Of a DNA stretch of 64,000 nt, positions 56,246 through 64,000 are shown in pieces. Source of the DNA: Deltaproteobacteria bacterium (GTDB lineage: Bacteria > Desulfobacterota > Deferrimicrobia > J040); the NCBI GenBank assembly GCA_011773515.1, contig WVXK01000023.1:67263-131262 (forward strand). Direction: 5' to 3'. Position 1 is the first letter of the stretch; each line of letters opens with the position of its first letter. A program made the position numbers and the translations under genes. The notes beneath the pieces were generated by a model that saw nothing but the letters and a program-made list of their open reading frames with translations, had not been told where the DNA came from and searched no databases.

Positions 56246-58532
56246 CTTCCTCTGTCTTCCCCCTGCACCCTTTCATCGAACACTCGAGAATTACTCCTTT
56301 TCCCCGGGTAATTTTTTTGAGCATGATATCATTGCCGCAAACCGGGCATTCCCTTTCCACCGGCTCCCGCCAAGATGCATAGGTACATCCGGGATACTCA
56401 GAACAGGCATAAAAGAGTCTTCCCTTCCGGGAAACCTTCTCGACAATTTCCCCCTTTTCACAGGCCGGACATCCTGTACCGATAGCGTAGGCTGATCTCC
56501 TGCTGCAAGCGGGGGCGCCTGAACAGGCCAGGTATCTCCCTCCTCTCCACCTCTTGACCAGCATTTCTCTCCCACAGTCTGCACAGGTTACGCCCGCCAG
56601 CTCATCTTCCACTACTCTTATATTCCCCTTCTCATCCTGGAAAAAGTTTTTCGTGTTCTTACATTCGGGGTAATTGTTGCAGGCGAGAAACTTTCCGTTC
56701 CTTCCCACCCTGATCACCAGCTCACCCTCACACTTATCGCACCTTATACCTGTCGCTATCAGTTTATCCTTGACCTTCTCCATCTGGACCCTCGCCTTTT
56801 CCACGTCTCCCGAAAATGGTCCGTAAAAACTTCCCACGGCATGGCGCCACTCGAGTTCCCCCAACTCTATTCTGTCAAGATCCTCCTCCATTCTCGCGGT
56901 AAACTCGATGTCCATAATCTGAGGAAAGCTCTCGGACAAAAGGTCAGACACGATCATGCCGAGTTCTGTGGGAAGAAATTTCCCCTGATCGGCCTTCACG
57001 TAACTTCGATTTTTTATCGTCCTGATTATCGTTGCGTAGGTCGATGGCCTGCCTATTCCTCTCTCTTCCAGGACCTTGATCAATGAGCTCTCCGTGAACC
57101 TTGGAGGGGGCTGAGTAAAATGCTGCTTCGGCTCAAGCTTGACAAGTTTCACATCCTCACCCTCCTCCAATTCCGGTATTTTCGCCTGTGCCTCTCCATC
57201 CTTACTGTTATCGACCGACTCGGCATAAACCTCAAGGAACCCGCTGAAAATGGGCGTTTGCCCCGTAGCCCGAAGAAGATATCTGCCGGATGAGATATCC
57301 AGGACAACCTGCTCGAATCTTGCCGGCGACATCTGTGACGCCACGAAGCGCTCCCAGATGAGCTTGTAGAGCCTGTGTTGATCACGCGTTAGGTATCTCT
57401 GGAGCTCCTTCGGGCGCTTCTCGGAATCGGCCGGCCTGATCGCCTCGTGGGCGTCCTGGACACCCTTTCTGTTCTTGAACCGGTTCGGTTTTTCAGGCAG
57501 AAACTCATCCCCGTAATCACTTTTGATGAGCTTTCTGACCCCATCGAGGGCATCAGCCGACACCCTGACGGAATCCGTTCTCATGTAGGTAATGAGACCT
57601 GAAACTTCTCCATCTCCAAGCTCAACACCCTCATACAGGCTCTGTGCGACACGCATCGTCCTGTCAGCGGAAAACCCGAGTTTTCTCCAGGCATCCTGCT
57701 GCATCTTGGAGGTGTTGAAAGGGGGTTGCGGGTGTTTCTTCCTCGTCTTCCTGGTTAATTTTTTTACGAGAAATTCTCCTGCCGACAACTCCACCAGCAG
57801 CTCCTCGGCTTCCTCCTTTGTCCGGATGTGAATCTTTTTCCTGTCCTTTTGCACCAGCTTTGCCTCGAACTCGGGCGGCTTTTTCCCCTCGAAAAAACCC
57901 GAAATCGACCAGTACTCTTCCGGTACAAAGGCAACGACTTCCTTTTCCCTTTCACAAATCAGCTTCAGGGCAACCGACTGAACCCTCCCGGCTGAGAGCC
58001 TCTTCTGCACTTTTGACCAGAGAAGCGGACTCAGCTTGTAGCCCACGAGTCTGTCCAGTACCCTTCTGGCAATCTGGGCCTCGTACAAATGCCTCTCGAG
58101 GCTGCGCGGGTTCTTCATGCCGGATTCGATTCCCTTTTTCGTGATCTCATTGAAGAGAACCCGCTTGACCCGGTCATTTTGCTCATCAAGAATAAGTTTG
58201 ATATGCCATGCTATCGCCTCGCCCTCCCGGTCAGGGTCCGAGGCAAGGTAAATGCCTTCTGCGGCCTTCGCTTTCTTCTTTATCTCGTCTATGAACCTCT
58301 TTTTTTCCTTGATCACCGTGTATTTGGGTTCGAAGCCCTGTTCAACATCAACACCGAGCCTGCTTTTTGGCAGATCCATGATATGGCCCATCGAGGCAAT
58401 AACGTCGAAATCCTTCCCGACATACTTTTTGATAGTCCTCGCCTTCGCGGGGGACTCGACAATAATCAGCGACTTGCCCATTCTCTCTTTCTCCTCATTT
58501 TGATCCGGCGAAATCCCACTTATTATAACCAA
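56235..58532 (-). CDS. topA: DNA topoisomerase I with C-terminal zinc-ribbon repeats
   Basis: TOPRIM start (SLIIVESPAKARTIKKYVG), catalytic core, multiple C4 zinc ribbons (..CDKCEGELV..CADCGREML..CPACEKGEIV..CPVCGND..); 765 aa. Confidence 0.95.
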   Translation of the reverse strand: MVIISGISPDQNEEKERMGKSLIIVESPAKARTIKKYVGKDFDVIASMGHIMDLPKSRLGVDVEQGFEPKYTVIKEKKRFIDEIKKKAKAAEGIYLASDPDREGEAIAWHIKLILDEQNDRVKRVLFNEITKKGIESGMKNPRSLERHLYEAQIARRVLDRLVGYKLSPLLWSKVQKRLSAGRVQSVALKLICEREKEVVAFVPEEYWSISGFFEGKKPPEFEAKLVQKDRKKIHIRTKEEAEELLVELSAGEFLVKKLTRKTRKKHPQPPFNTSKMQQDAWRKLGFSADRTMRVAQSLYEGVELGDGEVSGLITYMRTDSVRVSADALDGVRKLIKSDYGDEFLPEKPNRFKNRKGVQDAHEAIRPADSEKRPKELQRYLTRDQHRLYKLIWERFVASQMSPARFEQVVLDISSGRYLLRATGQTPIFSGFLEVYAESVDNSKDGEAQAKIPELEEGEDVKLVKLEPKQHFTQPPPRFTESSLIKVLEERGIGRPSTYATIIRTIKNRSYVKADQGKFLPTELGMIVSDLLSESFPQIMDIEFTARMEEDLDRIELGELEWRHAVGSFYGPFSGDVEKARVQMEKVKDKLIATGIRCDKCEGELVIRVGRNGKFLACNNYPECKNTKNFFQDEKGNIRVVEDELAGVTCADCGREMLVKRWRGGRYLACSGAPACSRRSAYAIGTGCPACEKGEIVEKVSRKGRLFYACSEYPGCTYASWREPVERECPVCGNDIMLKKITRGKGVILECSMKGCRGKTEEDEG

Positions 58533-58628
58533 ACCCTTTACAATGGCAACTGATGGAGCACATGCCCGGGTCTCTATTATAGCCCGCTGCCCGGCAAAGT
58601 TCTTATCTCCTGACCGATCGGAAATGTA

Positions 58629-59687
58629 TCAGGCAAGCCTAAAGTAATAGCCGTCCGGACCCCTTTCAACAAGTTTTTTCACCTCCAGCATGACCAGTGC
58701 TGCAGAAACATCCTTAATGCCTTCGGTCATTACAGAGGCAACATCATCAAGAGACATTCCGTCTGTCAGTATCTCCAGCACCCTCGTTTCGATTTCCGTC
58801 ATGTCGGGATCGTTTCTTCTTTTCCGTTTTTTTTTCGGCTTTGTCGCTGAAAGGCCAAAGGCTTCCAGAATGTCTGCAATGCCTGTCAATGGATGGGCAC
58901 CGTTTTTTATCAGCCGGTTGGCCCCCTCAGATTGGGGAAAAAGGGGATTTCCCGGAACCGAAAAAACCTCTTTTCCGTATTCAGCGCCATACCTGGCTGT
59001 GATGAGGGAACCACTCTTTTGCGCCGCCTCTACGACGCACACAAAATCAGATAGTGCAGCAATGATGCTGTTCCGGATGGGAAAATTCCAACCAAACGGT
59101 TGCGTGCCCGGAGGGAACCGGGAGAGCACGCAGCCCGATTCGATAACCTCGTGGTAGAGCTCTTCATTTTCCCCCGGGTAAATAACGTCCACCCCGGAGC
59201 CGAAAACGGCTACCGTTTTCCCGTTTCCCTCAAGGGCCCACCGGTGAGCACAGGTATCGATTCCTCTTGCAAATCCGCTTATGACGGGAATGTCATTCAA
59301 TGCCATCTCTTCGGCCAGCTTCCTGCAGAACCTGAGGCCCGCCTGGGTTGGCTTCCTCGAGCCCACGACTGCTCCCGCGAATCTTTCAACAATCGAACTA
59401 TCTCCCCTTACATACAACGCGGGCGGGGCATATCCTGTATGTTTCAATTTATCGGGGTAGGAGGTATCCGGGTACGCGATTATGGAGATATCATTCCCGT
59501 CACAATATTCAACGATCTTGCCGGCTTCCCCCGGGAACGTGCCCCTGCTGAGAACCTCACAGACCCGCCGGGCGCCCAGACGAGATTTGCCGGATGAAGA
59601 ATCGCCCTTTATGAACGCGAGAGCATCTTCTGACGATATATGGACATGCGACGATAAATATATGAAAAGGAGTCTTTCGTTCTCCAT
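58629..59687 (-). CDS. dprA: DNA-processing protein DprA (Smf)
   Basis: Rossmann-like DprA core (..VVGSRKPTQAGLRFCRKLAEEMA..ISGFARGIDTCAHRWALE..TVAVFGSGVDVIYP..) and a C-terminal winged-helix; 352 aa; upstream of topA as is common. Confidence 0.9.
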   Translation of the reverse strand: MENERLLFIYLSSHVHISSEDALAFIKGDSSSGKSRLGARRVCEVLSRGTFPGEAGKIVEYCDGNDISIIAYPDTSYPDKLKHTGYAPPALYVRGDSSIVERFAGAVVGSRKPTQAGLRFCRKLAEEMALNDIPVISGFARGIDTCAHRWALEGNGKTVAVFGSGVDVIYPGENEELYHEVIESGCVLSRFPPGTQPFGWNFPIRNSIIAALSDFVCVVEAAQKSGSLITARYGAEYGKEVFSVPGNPLFPQSEGANRLIKNGAHPLTGIADILEAFGLSATKPKKKRKRRNDPDMTEIETRVLEILTDGMSLDDVASVMTEGIKDVSAALVMLEVKKLVERGPDGYYFRLA

Positions 59688-59758
59688 GTTACACCCCTTC
59701 CCTCACCACGTTCAATATCCGTACCGAAATGAATGGAAGGGCTCATTTTTCCGATACG

Positions 59759-60820
59759 CTATAGGCTTCCCCTCACCACGAGAGCAGAGGCGTTGAAGGA
59801 GATGCGAGAATCCAAGATGAAGATCGTCGAAAAATCCTTGTTGGTTCTGATAACGACTGCCTTTCCAACTTTGACCAGATTCCCCTCATCGGTCAATTCT
59901 GCGCGAACCGGAGTGGCGGTCAACTCCTGCAGGACTGATAATGGAACGTAAATGCTCACCACGTCCCCTATCGCAAAACCCTTGTCTTCCCCTCCTTTTA
60001 TATAGATCGTATCTCCTTCAGCAAACTCATAGTTATCTCCGGACCCGACTACCACGCCACCTTCGAGTTTATCGTCCAGGTATCGCACGACCAATTCGGG
60101 AATTTTGGGGATATCCTCGGAAAGGTAATCGATGCGGAACGCTTCTTCAATCAGTTCGGTAATCGAACCGATAATCCTGGCACCGGACTTCTCCTCGATC
60201 CTCACCGTGCCGATATATTTTTTCTTGTATGATTTTCCCCTGACACCCCTGACCTTCACCGGCCCTTCAACTCTGAAAATGCCGAGTTCCGTCCCGACGG
60301 GAAGATCCTTCTCCAGATCGAGATACAGTCGCTCACCGGGTGCAAATATCAATTTTTGATCGGTCGTTTCAGCGATATGCCCGATCTTTGGCGGCTTGCC
60401 CCTGACCAGTTCCCCGCTGGCGAGAACTTCTTTCTTGCTCAGCTTCAACTTTTTCATGATCTCTTCCACGCTCGGCTCTTTTGCACCAGGTTCGCGTGAA
60501 GCCATTTCGCCCTCGGAGAGAGCCTCTTCTTCCAGGACATACTCGAAATCCTCCCTCAATGGCGGTGGGGGCGCAATCACGATCTCCAGGCCCGGATAGA
60601 TGTAGTTCGGGTTGGTGAGATACCGGTTCAGTTCCCAAATCTCCGGCCATCTCCAGGGTTCGCCGTAATATGTGGCCGACAAGTCCCACAGCGTATCCCC
60701 CGTCGTCACGTTATGGATCGTGCCTTGCTCCGGAGAAGAGATATTTTGAGATTTGACCGACCACGGGATTGCAAAGACGGCAATGATAATAATAGAAAGA
60801 ACGACGATTTTTCTCATCAC
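59759..60820 (-). CDS. LysM domain-containing exported protein
   Basis: Signal peptide, then LysM (..HNVTTGDTLWDLSATYYGEPWRWPEIWELNRYLTNPNYIYPGLEIVI..); 353 aa. Confidence 0.75.
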   Translation of the reverse strand: MMRKIVVLSIIIIAVFAIPWSVKSQNISSPEQGTIHNVTTGDTLWDLSATYYGEPWRWPEIWELNRYLTNPNYIYPGLEIVIAPPPPLREDFEYVLEEEALSEGEMASREPGAKEPSVEEIMKKLKLSKKEVLASGELVRGKPPKIGHIAETTDQKLIFAPGERLYLDLEKDLPVGTELGIFRVEGPVKVRGVRGKSYKKKYIGTVRIEEKSGARIIGSITELIEEAFRIDYLSEDIPKIPELVVRYLDDKLEGGVVVGSGDNYEFAEGDTIYIKGGEDKGFAIGDVVSIYVPLSVLQELTATPVRAELTDEGNLVKVGKAVVIRTNKDFSTIFILDSRISFNASALVVRGSL

Positions 60821-60996
60821 TTTCCTCTCTCTTTTTAAGTTTCCCTGCCTAAAATTTATATTAATTATGCTTCAATTAACCTATATTATAAAAAAACTAC
60901 GATTAAAGTTACGAAAAGTCAACCTGTTTCACCGGGATGACTCAATTATACTATCGTCAGGTAAGAGAAAAAAATTAAGGGGGGTGTGTAAATGGT

Positions 60997-61281
60997 ATGA
61001 ACGACCACGTCTATTACGCAAAAGTTAAAAAAAAGGACATCGCCTACATCCGTTTTATTTTCGAGGGCTACGACAACATCGGAAACGTGAGGACCCTCGA
61101 CTCTGTTCGCGGTTACATAGAGTTTGTAATCTCGCGGGATTTCGATGAAGATTTCCACGCGATCATAAGAGCCCTGAAAGAATCTGTTTTTTTGGAACTG
61201 ATCGAGCGGCCCGATGGCTATGAATCGATAGCGGATTGCATTCAGGGCCCGGACAAGGATGCCAGCAAGAAGTACTCCTGA
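60997..61281 (+). CDS. Small hypothetical protein (possibly DUF4911-like)
   Basis: 94 aa; ..IAYIRFIFEGYDNIGNVRTLDSVRGYIEFV.. resembles a small delta-proteobacterial DUF family as far as I recall it. Convergent with tlyA, overlapping by 40 nt. Confidence 0.4.
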   Translation: MNDHVYYAKVKKKDIAYIRFIFEGYDNIGNVRTLDSVRGYIEFVISRDFDEDFHAIIRALKESVFLELIERPDGYESIADCIQGPDKDASKKYS

Positions 61282-62006
61282 TTCCCCTTGGGCCCCTTTA
61301 CCCTGCTCTCGACCCACCCGTCAACGACGAAACCGGATCCCGATACGAAGCTTTTAATTTTATCCAGGGCTCTCAACCTCTTTGCCTCATCTCGGACGAC
61401 TCCCTTTTTACCGACTTCATGCCGGGACAGTTCAAACTGGGGTTTTACGAGAACGAGAAGACGACCATCCCTTTTCAAAGATGGTATAACCGGCGGAATT
61501 ACGAGGCACAGAGAGATAAATGACACGTCAATAGTGATCAGGTCTACCTTCTCAGGGATGAATCCAGGACGGACATGCCTGACGTTACAGCCCTCAATAA
61601 CCACCACGCGTGGGTCTTTTCGCAATGAGTTATCCAGCAGGCGCTTGCCCACATCGACCGCGTAGACCTTCGCGGCTCCATGCTGCAAAAGGCAATCGGT
61701 AAACCCTCCCGTCGATGCTCCCACATCGATGCAGAAAAGATCTTTTACATCGATCCCAAGGTCTAAAATGGCCCCTTCCAGTTTCAAACCACCCCGGGAA
61801 ACGTAAGGGTTTGACGGGCCTACAATTTCAATCACATTTTCCGGGCGAACCATAAATCCGGCTTTGTCGACCAGGCGACCATCAATGAAAACCCGCCCCG
61901 CCATGATCAGGCTCCGGGCAAGAGAGCGGGACGATGTATGTCCCCTCCTTACCAGCTCCGCGTCAAGCCTCGATTTCGGGTTTTTCCCCTCAGAGAATTT
62001 TTCCAA
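61242..62006 (-). CDS. tlyA: TlyA family rRNA 2'-O-methyltransferase (hemolysin A-like) with S4 domain
   Basis: S4-like N-terminus (RLDAELVRRGHTSSRSLARSLIMAGRVFIDG) and FtsJ-like methyltransferase motif (..CIDVGASTGGFTDCLLQHGAAKVYAVDVG..); 254 aa. Confidence 0.9.
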   Translation of the reverse strand: MEKFSEGKNPKSRLDAELVRRGHTSSRSLARSLIMAGRVFIDGRLVDKAGFMVRPENVIEIVGPSNPYVSRGGLKLEGAILDLGIDVKDLFCIDVGASTGGFTDCLLQHGAAKVYAVDVGKRLLDNSLRKDPRVVVIEGCNVRHVRPGFIPEKVDLITIDVSFISLCLVIPPVIPSLKRDGRLLVLVKPQFELSRHEVGKKGVVRDEAKRLRALDKIKSFVSGSGFVVDGWVESRVKGPKGNQEYFLLASLSGP

Positions 62007-63921
62007 TTTCTGCCTTGATTGAATGAGTGGTGGAGCTGCGGACCGCCTCCTGGTCCTTGAAAAGGGCCATGCTTTTTTCGTATATCCCCGTGGAGTCTAT
62101 CCCGAGCATCGCCCGAAGTTGCTCCTGGCTCCCGTGTTCCACGAACCTGTCGTCTATCCCGATGCGAACAAATTTCAGGCCCGTATGACCCCTGTCTGCA
62201 AGGAGCTCTATCACCCCGCTGCCAAATCCTCCTGCCAGAACATTTTCCTCCACCGTCACCACTTTCCCCGTTTTTCTCACGGATGACTCAATACCTTCAA
62301 CATCGATGGGTTTTGCAAACCGCGCGTCGATCACATCGGCGCGGATACCATGCCTTTCCAACATCGATGCCGCATCCAGAGCCGGGTAGACCGACGAGCC
62401 GATTGCGACGATCGTCAGATCCTTTCCCCCGGCCAGAGTCCTGCTCTTGCCGTGCGCTATTTCAGGGATTCTCACCGAATCAGGGACTCTCAAAATCTCT
62501 CCCCTCGGGTATCTGATTGCCACCGGGGAGCCTAACTCAAGGGCAAAACGAAGCATCCCGCGGAGCTCAACCTCATCCGAGGGGGCCATAACGGTCATAT
62601 TCGGTATGTGCCTGAGATAGGAGAGGTCAAAAATTCCCTGATGGGTGGCGCCATCATCCCCGACGATTCCCCCGCGGTCCAGGATGAAAACCACGTGGAG
62701 ATTCTGGAGGCACACATCGTGTACGATCTGGTCATAAGCCCTTTGCAGGAATGTCGAGTAAATCGCCGCGACGGGAATTTTTCCCCTCGTGGAGAGCCCA
62801 GCGGCAAATGTAATTCCGTGGGATTCGGAAATACCAACGTCGAAAAACCGATCGGGGAAACGTTCTCCGAATTTTTCCAGACCGGTCCCGCCGGGCATCG
62901 CGGCGGTAATCGCCACAATATCCCGGTTCGTCTCACCGAGTTTAACAATCTCTTCGGCAAATACTGACGTATAGGACCTTCTCCTCTGCCTTTTGCGTGT
63001 CTCCCCGCTTTCGATAACGAAGGGGCTCACGCCGTGAAATCTCTCCGGGTTTTGCTCGGCAAAGTTGTATCCCATCCCTTTTTTCGTGATCACATGAATG
63101 AGAACGGGACCGTTGAAGTTCTTTGCGTTTTGAAGGGTAACGATCAGGTCATCTATGCTGTGTCCCGGTAACGGCCCGATATACGTGAAGCCGAGTTCCT
63201 CAAAGAGTATACCCGGAACAATGAGCCCTTTTGCCAACTCCTCGATTCTTCGCCCCGCTTTGGCGAGCATATCACCCGTAAAGGGTATGGATTTCAGAAA
63301 GCGTTCCAGCCTTTTTCTGAAACCCGTATAGAGCCTCCCCGTCATGATACGGTTCAGATATGAGGATAGAGCACCCACGTTCTGGGATATCGACCATTCG
63401 TTGTCGTTCAAGATAACAATGAAATCTTTTTTAATATGCCCCGCCTGGTTCAGACCCTCCAGAGCCAACCCGGAAGAGACGGATCCATCCCCGATGACGG
63501 CAACAACCCGGTAATTTTCTCCGTTTAGATCTCTTGCAGCAGCCATTCCGAGTGCCGAGGAAATTGACGTGGAGCTGTGGCCGGTTCCGAAGGCATCGTG
63601 CTCGCTCTCCGATATCCTGGGAAATCCGGAAATACCCCCGAACTTGCGAAGAGTTCCGAAAACGTCTCTCCTCCCCGTCAACAGCTTGTGGGCGTATGCC
63701 TGGTGGCCGACGTCCCATATTATCTTGTCCCCAGGAGAATCGAGAACATAGTGGAGCGCAAGGGTCAGTTCTACGACACCGAGGCTGGAAGCGAGATGAC
63801 CGCCCGTTTCCGAAACCGTTTTGATTATGAGGTCCCGAATCTCCTGAGCAACTTCGGTAAGCCTTTCCCTGGGAATCTGCTTCAGATCTTCGGGGGTGTT
63901 TATGTGTTCCAGCAAACCCAT
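61990..63921 (-). CDS. dxs: 1-deoxy-D-xylulose-5-phosphate synthase
   Basis: TPP motif ..GHSSTSISSALGMA..VIGDGSVSSGLALEGLN..NDN..; transketolase-like three-domain layout; 643 aa. Confidence 0.95.
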   Translation of the reverse strand: MGLLEHINTPEDLKQIPRERLTEVAQEIRDLIIKTVSETGGHLASSLGVVELTLALHYVLDSPGDKIIWDVGHQAYAHKLLTGRRDVFGTLRKFGGISGFPRISESEHDAFGTGHSSTSISSALGMAAARDLNGENYRVVAVIGDGSVSSGLALEGLNQAGHIKKDFIVILNDNEWSISQNVGALSSYLNRIMTGRLYTGFRKRLERFLKSIPFTGDMLAKAGRRIEELAKGLIVPGILFEELGFTYIGPLPGHSIDDLIVTLQNAKNFNGPVLIHVITKKGMGYNFAEQNPERFHGVSPFVIESGETRKRQRRRSYTSVFAEEIVKLGETNRDIVAITAAMPGGTGLEKFGERFPDRFFDVGISESHGITFAAGLSTRGKIPVAAIYSTFLQRAYDQIVHDVCLQNLHVVFILDRGGIVGDDGATHQGIFDLSYLRHIPNMTVMAPSDEVELRGMLRFALELGSPVAIRYPRGEILRVPDSVRIPEIAHGKSRTLAGGKDLTIVAIGSSVYPALDAASMLERHGIRADVIDARFAKPIDVEGIESSVRKTGKVVTVEENVLAGGFGSGVIELLADRGHTGLKFVRIGIDDRFVEHGSQEQLRAMLGIDSTGIYEKSMALFKDQEAVRSSTTHSIKAEIGKIL

Positions 63922-63928
63922 TGGGATT

Positions 63929-64000
63929 TCAATTTCTCCTGCTCAGGCAGAGTTCGGCTATCTCACCAAGGAATGTTGACTTTTGCCCCAGCACCATCAC
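63929..64000 (-). CDS. ispA: Polyprenyl (geranyl/farnesyl) diphosphate synthase, C-terminal fragment (5' part outside window)
   Basis: Revcomp of 63929-64000 ends ..VLGQKSTFLGEIAELCLSRRN*, resembling the IspA C-terminus (..LA.YI..R.K*). Sits upstream of dxs as in the common ispA-dxs arrangement. Confidence 0.45.
   Translation of the reverse strand: MMVLGQKSTFLGEIAELCLSRRN

Noticed and set aside
60821-60996. AT-rich 176-nt intergenic region inspected for an ncRNA or clear sigma-70 promoter
   Set aside because: No convincing -35/-10 pair with proper spacing and no stable hairpins. Treated as an ordinary divergent promoter region.
1-64000. CRISPR arrays, IS elements/transposases, integrases near the tRNA genes
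   Set aside because: I found no short direct repeats interleaved with unique spacers and no transposase or tyrosine-recombinase-like ORFs. The regions flanking both tRNAs encode ordinary or decayed chromosomal genes.

Overview
This 64-kb window looks like a chromosomal segment from a deltaproteobacterium-like organism (Desulfobacterota or Myxococcota style gene content), with almost every gene on the minus strand. It carries a type IV pilus core (pilMNOPQ, a PilS/PilR-like pair, prepilin peptidase PilD and tandem major pilins) alongside ordinary housekeeping loci, and none of that is unusual. The part most worth a second look is a co-directional ~13-kb block that runs from the two pilin genes through an O-antigen-ligase-like (Wzy_C+TPR) gene and a Myxococcus pilGHI-like ABC transporter into a Wzm/Wzt glycan exporter and its glycosyltransferase, methyltransferase and B12-radical-SAM genes. 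That layout is the signature of a dedicated pilin (or protein) O-glycosylation system; in Pseudomonas the TfpO O-oligosaccharyltransferase sits directly 3' of pilA, and Geobacter has a comparable pilA-xap arrangement. The ligase-like gene is split at an A9/T9 homopolymer, which is either a phase-variable switch or a sequencing slip. Other oddities are a decayed histidine-kinase remnant, a membrane GGDEF protein with a degenerate EGGRF motif, a HAMP-only membrane protein translationally coupled to a pilin-like gene, an AroB-TPR fusion, and a receiver-domain protein with a ~300-aa acidic tail. I saw no CRISPR array, transposase or integrase. All calls rest on reading translated motifs by eye, with no searches run.
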